Source: an uncultured Verrucomicrobiae bacterium (GTDB lineage Bacteria > Verrucomicrobiota > Verrucomicrobiia > Chthoniobacterales > UBA10450). From it: a stretch of DNA of 64,000 nt. The translations under genes and the position numbers were made by a program. Where the stretch lies: NCBI GenBank assembly GCA_963726745.1, contig CAVSDR010000007.1, forward strand, positions 64,001 through 128,000, in the 5' to 3' direction. The stretch's first letter is position 1. Every line of letters starts with the position of its first letter. Positions 10,271 to 19,109 of this stretch are shown here, in pieces. Below the pieces are notes generated by a model, which worked only from the letters and a program-made list of their open reading frames with translations, had not been told where the DNA came from and did not search any database.

Positions 10271-12763
10271 TTAGACCGATACCGCTTGCGGGCGGTCTGC
10301 CATCCGCCTCGTGAAATCGCTTCGCCCAACCGCTTCCGCGGCCGCGGCCCGTCCAACCCGCCGCATCGGGGCGCTGATCGTGCTTACGAGCATCGCGATC
10401 CAAAGCGGCGAAAGCCGATCAAAGGTTGCTTCGGTGAAGTTATAAACGATCACCGCCGCCCAGACAGCAAATTGGATCTGCGCAAACTCCTTGCCCTGCA
10501 ACAAGCGCTTCCGTAGCCCGGTGTAGCTGGCGCATAGCCAGATAATCAACAAAAAGAACCCGATCAAGCCACCGTTCAGATAGGTTTCCAGGTATCCATT
10601 GTGCGCCTGGTTCACCCCCTCATAAACCTTCCAAATCGCCTCCAAACGGTTGCCCATCCAAAAAGTGTAGAACCCGGTTCCGAAAAGGGGATTAAAGTCC
10701 TGCTGTAAAACCAAGGACCATAGGCCGGTGCGCGTAGTGAGGGTCGTATCCCGTCCCACACTCGCGACCAACACCTCCCGCAGGCCAAAGACGGAATCTA
10801 GGACAACAAAGAATACCGAGACCGCCAAAACGTAACCGGCAAAGGCGGCCGCATTGCGGCGGAAAAGCGGCAGCCTAAATCCGATTAGGATGACGAGACC
10901 TAGCGCCGTGCAGACCAGAGAAGTTGCGCTTCCGGCCTTATGCAGCAGCCAGGCAGACATCGCGAGCAAAAGCCACCGTGCCGCCCGCTCTTTCCAATCG
11001 AGTCGCGGGCCTTTCGCCCGGCTGCTGAAAAAAAACTCCCAAGCCATGAAGAGACCGCAGACCAGAACGATGGCCCCAAGGCTGTTCTTGTGCTGGGCCA
11101 CACCTACATACATGTATTGCCAGGTCCAGCGATTGTAGACCCGGCCGACATCGGGCAAATACTTGATAAAGATCACCGAGAGCGGAATAAGAATATAGCC
11201 GCACCGAACAAAGAGGGCCCTGGCCGCTTGCACCGGGTCGATTTCGGTCAGGACAACCAGAGCCATGACAATGTTGCCGCACTCTTTGATCCAACGTTTC
11301 CCGGCGACAACAGTGTAGTCCGACCAAAGAATGCTCGCTCCCCAATAAAGGATAAAAATAAAGAGCCACTTATTCGCCGCTGCGAGTTGAGATAAACGCA
11401 CGCCGCGCTGAGCGAGAACACGGAGGCCCATTAAGATAAGCGCCAGATAGAATAACCGGTCCAGCGGCGTTCCTTCTTCATAGGCATCGCCACTTCCACC
11501 TCCAAAGCCCAGCCACAAGCAGACCGGCTTCGAACTGATCACAAAAAGCCAGAGGAGTGGGATCCAGAGCGCTCCAGAAATACCTTCGCGCTTCCGCATA
11601 TCCCGTCGGAAAAGCCACACGATAAACGCGAAGCCAACTAACAGGGCTATTTTTGCAGGCATGGGACTAAAGTATCCGCCGGCAGCCACCGCAGGCCGCG
11701 GCAATTGCGCAAAAATGCAATCCATCATTCGAGAGACACGCAGAATCTCGCTGTGCGCGATCGGCAGCGGAGCGTTCTCTGTGATCGAGTGATAGAATGA
11801 CTCGATCAGGAACTTCATTCCCGATTTGAAGTGAAAGTCACCAGCCAGAAAAATGCGCATGTTGGTGCCAAAATTTGCGAGGTATTGCCCCGTAAACATT
11901 ACCGGAGGAACGAATCTTTCGGCGTAACTTTTCATCCGCTCTCCGCGGAGCCGAATCAGCAATTGCTGGTCTTCATCCAGGAAAAGCCCGTTTCGGTTTC
12001 CATAGACGCGCAATTGATGGAGTGCAGGACGCATTTGGGAGGAAAAAGTGAAGTAAGCCGTGGTCCCTTCTCTTCCCGAGATGATCACGCGCAGCTCATC
12101 AACAATGCTTTTTTCCCCCATGGCCCGCAGGGGGCCGCTGGTGAACCCATGCACCAGGACTTCCGGTGCGTCGTCACGCACGAATTCCGCGATCCGCGCA
12201 ATCCCATGGCTGATGACGTTTTGCAGCAACCCTCCCGGCAGGCGGCGCACCCAGTGATCCTTGTCCCCCAGGAGAGCGCGCGCGTAGTTGCCGCCTAACT
12301 CATAGCAATAGGTGCTCTCCAGGTGCCGCGGACCCTCGCCGAGATAGCCCGTGGCCACGAGACGGCGCATTCGGCGGGCTACGTGGCTGAATTGATCATC
12401 GTGCCCGACGGTGATTTTTAGACCCCTCGCGTTCGCCCTCGCGATTAAATCCTCCGCTTCGTCGCTATCTACCGTGAATGGCTTTTCGACATAAACATGG
12501 CAGCCATGCTCCAGACATTGGCGGGCTATGGGGTAATGGCTTTGCGGCGGGGTCGTGATGTGGACCACGTCCGGCGTGCTCGCGACGAGCATCTCCGCCA
12601 CTTCGCTAAAGGCGCGTCGGATGGGAAAGCGCTCCTGGAGTTGGCGCGCCATCAATTCCTCGCGATCACAGACAGCTACGATCTCGCACTGCGGAATCCG
12701 CCCGACCTGCGCGGCATGCGAATCGGCAATCTTCCCGCAGCCCACGATCGCAACCTTAAGCAT
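10271..12763 (-). CDS. Single ORF joining a Gfo/Idh/MocA oxidoreductase (about 12763-11670) to a Wzy/O-antigen-ligase-like membrane protein (ATG 11662-10271)
   Basis: N-half has VGCGKIA, HVYVEKP and GHDDQF; C-half has many TM segments with HKNSLG, RDTTLTTRT..W, GTGF and HNGYLE (Wzy_C). Confidence 0.8.
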   Translation of the reverse strand: MLKVAIVGCGKIADSHAAQVGRIPQCEIVAVCDREELMARQLQERFPIRRAFSEVAEMLVASTPDVVHITTPPQSHYPIARQCLEHGCHVYVEKPFTVDSDEAEDLIARANARGLKITVGHDDQFSHVARRMRRLVATGYLGEGPRHLESTYCYELGGNYARALLGDKDHWVRRLPGGLLQNVISHGIARIAEFVRDDAPEVLVHGFTSGPLRAMGEKSIVDELRVIISGREGTTAYFTFSSQMRPALHQLRVYGNRNGLFLDEDQQLLIRLRGERMKSYAERFVPPVMFTGQYLANFGTNMRIFLAGDFHFKSGMKFLIESFYHSITENAPLPIAHSEILRVSRMMDCIFAQLPRPAVAAGGYFSPMPAKIALLVGFAFIVWLFRRDMRKREGISGALWIPLLWLFVISSKPVCLWLGFGGGSGDAYEEGTPLDRLFYLALILMGLRVLAQRGVRLSQLAAANKWLFIFILYWGASILWSDYTVVAGKRWIKECGNIVMALVVLTEIDPVQAARALFVRCGYILIPLSVIFIKYLPDVGRVYNRWTWQYMYVGVAQHKNSLGAIVLVCGLFMAWEFFFSSRAKGPRLDWKERAARWLLLAMSAWLLHKAGSATSLVCTALGLVILIGFRLPLFRRNAAAFAGYVLAVSVFFVVLDSVFGLREVLVASVGRDTTLTTRTGLWSLVLQQDFNPLFGTGFYTFWMGNRLEAIWKVYEGVNQAHNGYLETYLNGGLIGFFLLIIWLCASYTGLRKRLLQGKEFAQIQFAVWAAVIVYNFTEATFDRLSPLWIAMLVSTISAPMRRVGRAAAAEAVGRSDFTRRMADRPQAVSV

Positions 12764-13796
12764 GACGCAATTTCTCCCGGCAACTCGCGAAATAGCGTCT
12801 CAACCCTTCTGCCGTGGAGACCGTCGGTCGCCATGAGAGCTTCTCTTTCAGGCGCGCGTTTGAAAAATCTCCGCGTTTCCAGTAGGCCGACCAAAGTCGC
12901 CGATTGTAGGCCGGCGGTAGCTGGCCTTGCGACCAGCTTGAGTAGTCCTCCCAGGCAGCACATAGGGCATAGCTAAGGCCCTTCGGTAAAGACAAAGAGA
13001 AAAATCGACGGACGTTCTGTTTATACAGGCGCAAGAAGTCGCGACTGGTCGGCAGGTCGTCATCCAGCACGTTAATGATCTCCTGGTCGATCCCCGGGGT
13101 TATCCCCGCGAGCACGATCGCTTCCGCACAATTATCGACGTAACTTAGCGGCACTCGATTCGATCCGCCAAGGTGGAGGAAGATGCCAAAGGTGCCAATG
13201 CCTACCCGGCTGGAGATTCCCTCGTTCCCCGGGCCGTAGACATGACCAGGGCGCAGGATGACATAAGGGAGCTTATGCTTGCTGCCATACTCCTGCACGA
13301 TCTCCTCCTGTCGGCATTTTGCGAAGCAATAGGCTTCTCCTCGCAGGGCCGGTTTCGGTTCTACCGGAGCCGATTCGTCAAGGACTTCGCCACGCTCGGT
13401 ATAGACCGTAAACGAGCTAACATTGACGAATCTCCGCAGACAGCCGTCCTGCACCAAGGCGTCGAGGAGATTCCGCGTCGTCACCACGCTGTTCAGGAAC
13501 GCGTCCGAAAAAGATTTTTCACCCCGAGCAGCGGCCAAATGGTAGACGACGCTGACACCCTTGGCGACGCGCTCGCAGTCTTCGCGAGAAAGCAGGTTGC
13601 CTTGGACCAACTCAAATTCGCCAGGCCCGTCTCCCGAGCCATCACCAAAAGCGTTGGATGCGCGCGTTAGACAACGAATTCGGCTGAAGCCGCGCTCGCG
13701 CAAACGGGCCACCACTCGCCGGCCAATGAAGCCAGTGGCTCCCGTGACGAGAACAACGTCGCCCGGTCCCGCTACCGCGTCGCTACTCGGTGACAT
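12756..13796 (-). CDS. NAD-dependent epimerase/dehydratase
   Basis: VTGATGFIG, YHLAA, YCFAK and RPGHVYGPG motifs; start ATG 13796 overlaps the upstream GT stop. Confidence 0.85.
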   Translation of the reverse strand: MSPSSDAVAGPGDVVLVTGATGFIGRRVVARLRERGFSRIRCLTRASNAFGDGSGDGPGEFELVQGNLLSREDCERVAKGVSVVYHLAAARGEKSFSDAFLNSVVTTRNLLDALVQDGCLRRFVNVSSFTVYTERGEVLDESAPVEPKPALRGEAYCFAKCRQEEIVQEYGSKHKLPYVILRPGHVYGPGNEGISSRVGIGTFGIFLHLGGSNRVPLSYVDNCAEAIVLAGITPGIDQEIINVLDDDLPTSRDFLRLYKQNVRRFFSLSLPKGLSYALCAAWEDYSSWSQGQLPPAYNRRLWSAYWKRGDFSNARLKEKLSWRPTVSTAEGLRRYFASCREKLRHA

Positions 13797-14685
13797 ATTG
13801 CCGTGGCAGCGCGGCGAAGCGGACGAATGCGAGGATGCGGCCGAGATGATCGCACGACCGGATAAGGAGGCTGGTAAAAACATGCTCGCCGAAAAGGATC
13901 GCGAACGGCAAAGCCAGGGCGTAGACCGGGACCGCAACGAGCGAAGTGAGCAGCGGGCGCAATTTCGATATCGGGTGCTGGAGCGAAACTCTTCCTCGAA
14001 GCAGCGCACGTCGAAGCATGAATCTTCGGTTCCACCGAATCGCGGGTATCTCTTCGTAGGCGACCGCTTCGTCACACCAGGCAAACCGGAACCCTTTGCC
14101 AATCGCGCGTCGAAAGAAGTCTTGGTCCTCAGCGGTCAAGAATTCCGCTCGGAAGAATGGCGGCTCGAGAGCATCGAGCACCTGCCGCTTAAAGAGGAGG
14201 TTACCGGTTCGGCCCTGAGGCCACGAAAGCATCGTCCCAGTCCGATAGGTTGCTCGTTCGCAAAACCGTCCTTTGATCACCCAAGCGGGAGGTTCCACTT
14301 CGAAATGGGGTTTTACAGAACCGACGACGCCGTCGACCTCGCACTTTTCGTGCGTTTGAAAGAGAAGAAGCAGCCAGTTGGGAATCGGTAACTCGTCGTC
14401 ATCGATGAAGGCGATGAAATCGCCGACCGCGTGTGCCAGCGCTTCGTTCCGCGTGAGCGCAATGTTTTGGATCGGCTGCAGACAATAAATAACCGGCAAC
14501 CTTGCCTGGCTCATGAAAGCTTCCACGACAGGCTGGGCCGTGCCTTTTACATCGTTGTCCGCCACCACCACGGAAAAGGTAAAGCGTCCATCTGTCTCCT
14601 GCGTAGCTAGAGCCTCCAAAAGGCGTCGCAGATAGTCAGCGCGCCGATAGGTGCAGATACAGACGGCGATGTGCGGCACCGCCAT
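13783..14685 (-). CDS. Glycosyltransferase family 2 (ExoM-like)
   Basis: VCICTYRR, VVADND, NIALTRN, AFIDDDE and AEDQDFF motifs. Confidence 0.88.
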   Translation of the reverse strand: MAVPHIAVCICTYRRADYLRRLLEALATQETDGRFTFSVVVADNDVKGTAQPVVEAFMSQARLPVIYCLQPIQNIALTRNEALAHAVGDFIAFIDDDELPIPNWLLLLFQTHEKCEVDGVVGSVKPHFEVEPPAWVIKGRFCERATYRTGTMLSWPQGRTGNLLFKRQVLDALEPPFFRAEFLTAEDQDFFRRAIGKGFRFAWCDEAVAYEEIPAIRWNRRFMLRRALLRGRVSLQHPISKLRPLLTSLVAVPVYALALPFAILFGEHVFTSLLIRSCDHLGRILAFVRFAALPRQYVTE

Positions 14686-14686
14686 T

Positions 14687-16411
14687 TTACTCCTTTGCCA
14701 ACAGATGACGCTCAATCAACTCTAGCGTCAGGATTTGACTGATCTCCGAGGTGTAATTACGCGTCCCCGACACGTGGCTTTGAACCATCTTTTCCATATG
14801 CGCCCCTTGGAGGAACCAGCGCCCACGGGTGCGATCATCCAGGAGGATCTCTTTCACATAAGGCGCGAGTGCATCCCGATACCAGGTTCGGAAATGGTAG
14901 AATTTGTGGCGACCGAGAAAGAGTTTTTCTGGCCGGAAGGGTTTGATCGCGTGATCGAACTTTGCCAACCACTGGGGCATTCCGTAGTCGTAGGCGTATT
15001 CTGCCTTGAAGCGAAACTGTTCGAAGGCGCCCTGCATCCAGCTAAGTGGACTGGGTTGGAACGTTATTCCACGGTCGGTTGGAATCCTCGCCAAGGCGGC
15101 GTTCCCTTCGCGAATTAGCCGGAGCGATGGGTCGGCACTGGCCAGAGCCAATTCCGGGGCGCGAAAACTCAGACCTACCAAGGCATTGTCCAAAAAGGGA
15201 GTCGCGATAGAAACCTGCGATTCCTCCACGGCAAGCCGTGCCTGGTGATGCCAGGGAATCTGCTTAAAGGCGATGAACGATTGCCGTGGCACGTTGGCTT
15301 CGTCCGCGAAAGTGCCGGCTGCTTTGGCACCAAGCGCAACCAATTCCCGGCTGAAGAGGCCCTCGTTGAGAGGGTGCGCCTTGAAGGCGACATTTCCTCG
15401 CAGGATCTCCGAGCCGTAGCTGCCTGTCACCCTCACCGGCGCAATCTTTCGGGCTTGCCGGTTTGCGTAGATTTCTACGGCGCCCGTTACGTCGAGGCCG
15501 CCGTCTGAAACCCGAATGGCTTCCTCGGCCAAGACGGGAAACTCCTTGAGGAAATCGGACCCGATTTCGATCGTTGTGTGCGGCTGCTCACACGCCTCCG
15601 CCACTCTCCGTGCGATCTTGACGTCGGTGGATTCGCGCAGGCTGCTGCCAAAGGTATAGCATGGCAATTCTCCCGCTGCTGGCTTCGCCCAAGCCATGAT
15701 CATCCTGCCGTCAAGACCGCCCGTCAGCGACATGCCGGCGTCCTGCTCTGTCCGGAGGTAATGCGGCAGCACCTCACGGAACGTTGTCTTTAGCGCTTGG
15801 AAGTACTGCTCTCCATTGAGCGGCGTCTGGTTCTCCCAAACCGATCGATCGAAGTAGGTCTCCTTCCGCAGAAACGTCTCCGGGGAAAAAATCCACTTGG
15901 CACCCGCGGGCAAAATGGAAATCCCGCGGAAGAGACTTCGATTTTGCAGGACGCAGCCACAAGAACAATACTCCGCGAGCGAGCGAGGGTCGAAGTCTCG
16001 CGTCTCCGGAAATGCCCGCAGCAAAGCTTTCGCAGCGGAAGAGAAATAGAAACCGTCTTCATTCTCCAAATAGTAGATGCGCCCAAGCCCATAACGGTCG
16101 TTGAACAAGGTAATCCGTCCCCGGCGCCGATCAGCCACCACTCCGCAGAAGCGTCCGTTTAGGCGTCCGTAGAAAGACTCGCCCTCCTCCTTATAGGACC
16201 GCAACAAGGCGCCGCGAGCTGGTTTTGGATAAACCTCACCTCGAAAAGCTACCAAAGTTTCGTTGCGCTCGTCCCAGCAAGCATCCCCGCCAGCGATGTA
16301 GGCCGCTCCCAGGTGCCACTGCTCCACCGGTGCTCCCGGAACTTCCAGAGACAGCATTCTCTCGAACTTTTCCCTTCCGAAGCCAGCTCGTCGTTGGATG
16401 AAACCTATCAA
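14687..16411 (-). CDS. Asparagine synthetase-like amidotransferase (AsnB family, no N-terminal Cys)
   Basis: LNGRF..DR.GLGRIYY, SLTGGLDGR ATP-binding loop, TGSYGSE and PFLDN motifs; the ORF-track start at 16510 reads through the tRNA, so the start is placed at TTG 16411. Confidence 0.78.
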   Translation of the reverse strand: MIGFIQRRAGFGREKFERMLSLEVPGAPVEQWHLGAAYIAGGDACWDERNETLVAFRGEVYPKPARGALLRSYKEEGESFYGRLNGRFCGVVADRRRGRITLFNDRYGLGRIYYLENEDGFYFSSAAKALLRAFPETRDFDPRSLAEYCSCGCVLQNRSLFRGISILPAGAKWIFSPETFLRKETYFDRSVWENQTPLNGEQYFQALKTTFREVLPHYLRTEQDAGMSLTGGLDGRMIMAWAKPAAGELPCYTFGSSLRESTDVKIARRVAEACEQPHTTIEIGSDFLKEFPVLAEEAIRVSDGGLDVTGAVEIYANRQARKIAPVRVTGSYGSEILRGNVAFKAHPLNEGLFSRELVALGAKAAGTFADEANVPRQSFIAFKQIPWHHQARLAVEESQVSIATPFLDNALVGLSFRAPELALASADPSLRLIREGNAALARIPTDRGITFQPSPLSWMQGAFEQFRFKAEYAYDYGMPQWLAKFDHAIKPFRPEKLFLGRHKFYHFRTWYRDALAPYVKEILLDDRTRGRWFLQGAHMEKMVQSHVSGTRNYTSEISQILTLELIERHLLAKE

Positions 16412-16431
16412 GTTTTCCGCGGGAAAGCGGG

Positions 16432-16504
16432 AGCCGGCGGGAGGAATTGAACACTCCATCTGCTGATTACGATTCAGCCGCTCTGGACGTTGAGCTACAC
16501 CGGC
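16432..16504 (-). tRNA. Non-canonical tRNA-Thr (anticodon CGT)
   Basis: Minus strand reads GCCGGTG TA GCTC AACGTCCA GAGC G GCTGA ATCGTAA TCAGC AGAT GGAG(T)G TTCAATT CCTCC CGCCGGC T CCC. It has a 7-bp acceptor, 4-bp D stem, 5-bp anticodon stem and TTCAATT T-loop. It lacks the D-loop GG, has A32 and a bulged T-stem, and has no encoded CCA. Confidence 0.82.
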
Positions 16505-16527
16505 ATGCATTGAGAGAACAATAGGAA

Positions 16528-17451
16528 CTAATTGGCCCAGGCACTGGCTGCGCGCGACCGCCAGCGGAGAAGTGCGGTCTCGACCGGTTCAGGTAGAAAC
16601 TCCCTCCAGCCGCGATGAGCCTGACAGCGGAGCGCGAAATCGCCTTTTGCGGTCAGGGGGAGGTAATACCGCGGGACGAGCATTTGCTCGAAACCATTTC
16701 GGCGTTTGAACTCCACTAGAGGTGCCGCGGCATTTCTCCCGTAAAAATACTGGCCGTAAACGAAATATGAGGCACCCCGGTCGACACACAGTTCAATCGC
16801 CTTCGCGAGGAGCGCGTTGGTCGGGCGCTTATCTTGGTGCGCCGCTTTAGAAAGGATCTGCATGATGCTGCCGACGCCACCGGTATAGACAGTTTTCAAG
16901 AAGCCTATGAGTTCGTCACCTAGATAGGCACAGATAAAGTCACAGCGATCCGCGTAGGTCGCGTTTTCACGGGTCACCTGTTCGATGGTTTTGCCGTAAT
17001 GCCAAAAGCGCCGGCCCTGCCGTACCGGGCTTTCATCGTAGATCGCTTTGATTCCTGCGCTCATAGCGCTGTCTAAGGGTTGCGTGCGTATGACCACCCC
17101 GCGCTTGGCCGCCCGCCGGACGTTTTTGCGGGTCTCCTGCGGAATCCGATTCTCCCACCAATCCTCGAAGGTCGTGATCGGAACGACCGCCAGGTTATCC
17201 CACTCCAGTGGATACAGAAATCGAGGCTTCGAATCTCCCAGCTTCTGCGCAAATGTGAAAAGGTCGGCGCGCGTGGCGGTCCGCAGCCGGGCCGCGATTC
17301 TCTCCGGGTCTTCCACCGGTTTCGGCTGCCACTCTTCATCCCGAATGGTCGCCGTTCGCAGCCATCGACCCGCTACCACCAAGGTATGCCCATCCACCTC
17401 CAGCGAAGGGACCCGTCTCTGGCTGCCCTTGATACTGACTGTAGTTTCCAC
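16528..17451 (-). CDS. FemAB-like GNAT-fold protein (candidate aminoacyl-tRNA-dependent transferase)
   Basis: ETRKNVRRAAKRGVVIR helix, PTNALL..AI, YG.Y and LVEFKRRNGF, the features typical of FemABX/BioF2-like GNAT proteins. Confidence 0.68.
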   Translation of the reverse strand: METTVSIKGSQRRVPSLEVDGHTLVVAGRWLRTATIRDEEWQPKPVEDPERIAARLRTATRADLFTFAQKLGDSKPRFLYPLEWDNLAVVPITTFEDWWENRIPQETRKNVRRAAKRGVVIRTQPLDSAMSAGIKAIYDESPVRQGRRFWHYGKTIEQVTRENATYADRCDFICAYLGDELIGFLKTVYTGGVGSIMQILSKAAHQDKRPTNALLAKAIELCVDRGASYFVYGQYFYGRNAAAPLVEFKRRNGFEQMLVPRYYLPLTAKGDFALRCQAHRGWREFLPEPVETALLRWRSRAASAWAN

Positions 17452-17453
17452 GG

Positions 17454-18185
17454 TTAGGCGGCTATCTGGGAGGCGCCTGCCAGCACGGGCTTCGTCAGCG
17501 TCGCGAAGGCATCGCTCATCAGGAAGCGGAATTCCTCTTCCATTATCGGGTGCGTCATCAGTTCCACTTCGTGGTCAACGCTGAGCGCGACGATTTTCGC
17601 GAGCCGCTCCATGCTTAAGTTCTGGGACAGGGCAAAAAAGTAGTCGGTCAGGCGATAACGCTGGCTAAGCCAACGATCAGAAATCCGGCGAAAGGTCCGG
17701 TTGAGCAGGTTCTTCTCGCCAGGACCGAAGGAGAAGTTTCTCCGGACGGCGCTTTGTTCCGGGATCGCTCGGGAGAACAGAAGATTAGCGCAGAGATGCA
17801 TGTGCAGATGCCCATCGATCCGCGCCGGCGGGCGGCCGTAATGTCGGCTGAATTCTTCCCACTGTGCTTGGAGAGTGTAGTTGAGGGATTCACTGATCAA
17901 CGGGTTGTAGACTAACTGCGCAAGTTTGCTCGACTTCAGAAACCTGGCGACGCGTCCTTGGTGCTTTTCCAGGGTGTTTCCGACATGCCCCGAGAACGGC
18001 TCTGTGAGGTTAAGGTGGAGACCGGCCGGGATTTCATCTCCAAGAGCAATTTCCGCCGCCCGTTCTGAGTCGGCCATGAACATCATCGCGCTAACCTGGG
18101 TGACCGTCCCGCTCTTCCAGCAGCGGTGTGCAGCGTCCGTCTCCTCGACTGAGCGCCCCCAATCGTCTGCATTGACGAGCAGCAA
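17454..18185 (-). CDS. YdjC/ChbG-family carbohydrate deacetylase
   Basis: LVNADDWG, GLHLNLTE, IDGHLHMH and ELMTHP motifs; start estimated at TTG 18185. Confidence 0.85.
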   Translation of the reverse strand: MLLVNADDWGRSVEETDAAHRCWKSGTVTQVSAMMFMADSERAAEIALGDEIPAGLHLNLTEPFSGHVGNTLEKHQGRVARFLKSSKLAQLVYNPLISESLNYTLQAQWEEFSRHYGRPPARIDGHLHMHLCANLLFSRAIPEQSAVRRNFSFGPGEKNLLNRTFRRISDRWLSQRYRLTDYFFALSQNLSMERLAKIVALSVDHEVELMTHPIMEEEFRFLMSDAFATLTKPVLAGASQIAA

Positions 18186-18202
18186 AATTTGCCAGCGTTT
18201 TC

Positions 18203-19099
18203 CTAAACCGCGCGGACGCGGCCAAACGCTGCCTTTCTCAGGAAAGTTTGGAGACGCTGCATCTGTTCGCGCCGTTGGAAATTCACCAAGTCCTGCGTGA
18301 TCGGACGATCCGCCCGCCGAAGCATGGCCCAGAAGAAACCCAGGGTATCGGCACACGCGCCGAGAACATATGGCCGGCGGGTCATCTGGTAGAAAGTGCG
18401 AAAGAACTGCCAAAGAGGATGGTAACCCAGCCGATAGGACTTTTGGCCAAAACGAAAACTGGCGACCAGCTTTTGGCGGTGATTGGCCGAACCCATCGGC
18501 CGGTGATGCAAGCTAACCTTTTCCGTGAATGTCCGCGTCTTCCATCCCTGCGCCCGAGCGCTCAGGACAGCGACCACGTCGATCCCCCCACCGGGTATCG
18601 GCCGGTAGCCGCCGATCTCCTCGTAACACCGCCGACGAAAGAACTGACACGCGCCGGAGACGTGTTCGATATTACTGAAGCGATAGTCATAGGTTTCGCC
18701 CGCTTCGCTGAAAGGCGTTCCCACAATTCCCAGTTCCGGGTCGGCTTCGAGCTTTTGCAGGAGATACTCAAAGTAAGTCTCATCAAAGGAGAGGTCCGCA
18801 TCGAGGCTGGCCAGGTAACTGTGATCGAGCTCGCTGACCGCTGCGTAACCCGCCGCAATGCAGCCGGCCTTTCCCGCAAAGTTCCGCGCCTGGCGTTCTG
18901 GCGACCGGAGTAACTGAATCCAAGAATGCTGCGCCGCATACTCGCCTACAATCTCGTCCGTCCCATCCGTTGAACCGTCACTTACAATCACCCAGCGCAA
19001 GGGCAACACAGTTTGCCGAACGACCGAATCGAGCGTGAGGCGAATGAACTGGGCTTCATTGCGCGCAGGCGTGATGAGCAGGTAGGCCGGCGCCGTCAT
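18203..19099 (-). CDS. Glycosyltransferase family 2
   Basis: ITPARNEA, VSDGSTDGT, LDADL and GACQFFRR motifs. Confidence 0.88.
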   Translation of the reverse strand: MTAPAYLLITPARNEAQFIRLTLDSVVRQTVLPLRWVIVSDGSTDGTDEIVGEYAAQHSWIQLLRSPERQARNFAGKAGCIAAGYAAVSELDHSYLASLDADLSFDETYFEYLLQKLEADPELGIVGTPFSEAGETYDYRFSNIEHVSGACQFFRRRCYEEIGGYRPIPGGGIDVVAVLSARAQGWKTRTFTEKVSLHHRPMGSANHRQKLVASFRFGQKSYRLGYHPLWQFFRTFYQMTRRPYVLGACADTLGFFWAMLRRADRPITQDLVNFQRREQMQRLQTFLRKAAFGRVRAV

Positions 19100-19109
19100 T
19101 CTCTTTGCC

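Noticed and set aside
16432..16504. tRNA as an integration-site (att) remnant
   Set aside because: It is full length with paired stems, lies mid-operon, and has no integrase or duplicated 3' fragment in the window. Not fully excluded.
16412..16510. N-terminal extension of the AsnB-like ORF
   Set aside because: It is the translation of the tRNA-like element rather than protein sequence.
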